A stretch of 64,000 bases of DNA from an uncultured Planctomycetaceae bacterium (GTDB lineage: Bacteria > Planctomycetota > Planctomycetia > Planctomycetales > Planctomycetaceae). Positions within the stretch are counted from its first letter, which is position 1, and the number at the start of each line of letters is the position of its first letter. A model generated the notes under the pieces. The model saw nothing but the letters and a program-made list of their open reading frames with translations, was not told the DNA's origin and made no database searches. Below are positions 62,437 through 64,000 of this stretch, piece after piece. Location: NCBI GenBank assembly GCA_963815195.1, contig CAWFGE010000012.1, positions 896,001-960,000 of the forward strand, read 5' to 3'. The position numbers were made by a program, and so were the translations under genes.

Positions 62437-62523
62437 TGAAACCGTGTGAATCCAACGAAGCCAAAAGTGCGAACCAACTCAAGCGCTCGCGAACAATCAT
62501 GGGGCTGACGCCCCACGCTCGCC
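62395..62523. repeat. Inverted GCGAGC-family REP pair (REPIN) overlapping the asnB 3' end
   Basis: GCGAGCGTGGGGCGTGAGCCCCATGAT...ATCATGGGGCTGACGCCCCACGCTCGC. Confidence 0.85.
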
Positions 62524-62546
62524 CCGAACTCCCATAAGGATGGCAT

Positions 62547-64000
62547 GTGTTAGAGTTCTTGCTAAACCGGATGCACCGGCATCGGCTTGTCACGTTGGTG
62601 CTCGGCCTGTTGGCCGCGGTGTTGATCGGCGGGTTTTCCGCGACATTGACCGTAAATGATTCCCCCGAACGCTGGTTCCCCCAAAGCACCGTCGAGGCCT
62701 GGGACCGGTTTGACGAACACTACGAATACGGCGACACGCTGGTCGTGGGGATTCAGTTTCACCGCCCGGTCCGCGATGACGACCTGCCGTTCCTCAGCAG
62801 GCTCCGCAAAAAGTTCCTGGCGATCAAGGGCATCGAAGATGTCACCGATTCTTCGCGGATCGCGGAGCAAATCGAGCAGGTGCCGTTGACCCAGTTGATC
62901 GCCGCTCCCAAACCCGGCGAACCCGATCCGTATGCGTTATACCGCGGGGCGTTTTTTGATGATCCGGCGGTGTGGAAAGACGAAGCCCATGCCGACGATG
63001 ACGGCCGGACGCTCTTATACATCATCCTCTTGGACGATAAACTCGACCCGGATCTCAGCGAAGAACAGCAGGCCGACCAGCTCAACGCCCGCCGGCGGCA
63101 TGTGACCGCTGAGGTGGAGCGATTGACGCAGGAGTGCGGGAAGGACCGGGCCGACATCACCTTCCACACCGGCGGCGGGATCGTCGTGCAACACGAAATG
63201 GAGCGCATCGCCAAAAACCTGGTGCTCACGCTCGTGCCTTTGTCACTGCTGTTGGCGCTTGTGGCGCTCGGAATCGGGTTTCGGTCTTGGTGGGCGGTCG
63301 CGGTCGCGGTGGTGGGCGGCGGCTGGGCGGTGGCGGTGATGCTGGGCTGCGTGGCGCTGGCGGGCTGGTCGCTAAACGTGGTCACGGTGGCCGGCCCGAC
63401 GTTGATGGCGGTGATCATCATCTCCGCGACGGTGCACATTGCCCACTACTATTCCGTGACGAGCCACCGCCATAACATCACCCCCTCCGACCACGAGCAC
63501 GAAGATGCCGCCCCGCGTCCCCTGAACAACTCGCACCCGCCGCTCACGGCCGAGAACCGCACGCATTTCGTGCATTGGGTCGCGCTGCCGTGCTTGGGGG
63601 CGGCTCTGACCACGGGCTTCGGATTTTTGATGCTCGCCTTCAACGAACTTCAACCGGCCCGCGAGTTGGGGATCGAATTGTTCGTCGGCTCGGTGCTGGC
63701 GTTTTTTGGGGCGTACCTGGCGTGGATGTGGTTCGCGCCGTTTCATGCGGCGCGGGGGAACGTTCTGTCCGCGGATTTCTTGGAAGCCAGCGAGCAGGCG
63801 ATCGTCAAGAAGCCGCTGTGGATGACGTCGATTCTGGGAGTGATGCTGATCGGTCTGGCGGTCGCGGCGATGCAGGTGCGGATCGATGCCGACCCGTTTT
63901 CGTTTTTCCGCCCCGAATCCGGGCCGGGTAGAGCGCTCGCGCACTTTACCATGCGAAAGTTCGGCTTCTATGTGCTCGACGTGGTCTGCGTGCCGCGGAC
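62547..64000 (+). CDS. MMPL/RND-family transporter, 3'-partial
   Basis: Frame from GTG 62547 (VLEFLLNRMHRHRLVTLVLG...) has many TM helices and 'AALTTGFGFLML..ELQPARELG'; runs off the window. Confidence 0.85.
   Translation, partial: MLEFLLNRMHRHRLVTLVLGLLAAVLIGGFSATLTVNDSPERWFPQSTVEAWDRFDEHYEYGDTLVVGIQFHRPVRDDDLPFLSRLRKKFLAIKGIEDVTDSSRIAEQIEQVPLTQLIAAPKPGEPDPYALYRGAFFDDPAVWKDEAHADDDGRTLLYIILLDDKLDPDLSEEQQADQLNARRRHVTAEVERLTQECGKDRADITFHTGGGIVVQHEMERIAKNLVLTLVPLSLLLALVALGIGFRSWWAVAVAVVGGGWAVAVMLGCVALAGWSLNVVTVAGPTLMAVIIISATVHIAHYYSVTSHRHNITPSDHEHEDAAPRPLNNSHPPLTAENRTHFVHWVALPCLGAALTTGFGFLMLAFNELQPARELGIELFVGSVLAFFGAYLAWMWFAPFHAARGNVLSADFLEASEQAIVKKPLWMTSILGVMLIGLAVAAMQVRIDADPFSFFRPESGPGRALAHFTMRKFGFYVLDVVCVPR

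Overview
GC-rich bacterial DNA, very probably from a planctomycete (DUF1501 protein, Tat-exported Gfo/Idh/MocA and intradiol dioxygenase proteins, vWA/GATase1 membrane operon, typical repeat families). Most of the window is ordinary gene content: an ECF sigma/anti-sigma pair, amidohydrolase, moaA, TolC, pgsBCW, sialidase, fabI, GT4-asnB-MMPL. About ten 1-2 nt frameshifts look like long-read consensus errors. The most unusual region is 11739-15198, a cassette-like array. Three direct copies of a 172-bp REPIN-like element and one REP-flanked RAYT (HUH) transposase separate three small, lower-GC orphan genes. Every unit starts (minus strand) with the 20-mer CGGCGGGGTGGCACTGTTAG or a one-mismatch variant, and the orphan genes are preceded by what look like C-terminal stubs of lost upstream genes. 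A fourth copy of the element (21101-21272) truncates a RelE/ParE-like toxin exactly at CGGCG, and a 3 x 187-bp tandem REPIN array (4540-5102) uses the same CGGCGGGGTGGC head. Other accessory modules are a WXG100/FtsK (type VII-like) operon, an NrtR-pseudokinase-vWA operon with a visible promoter/operator, and a restriction-modification islet bounded by a 31-bp duplication of the 3' end of an MntR-like gene. No rRNA, tRNA or CRISPR array was recognised. All family calls are from motif recognition by eye; no database searches were run.
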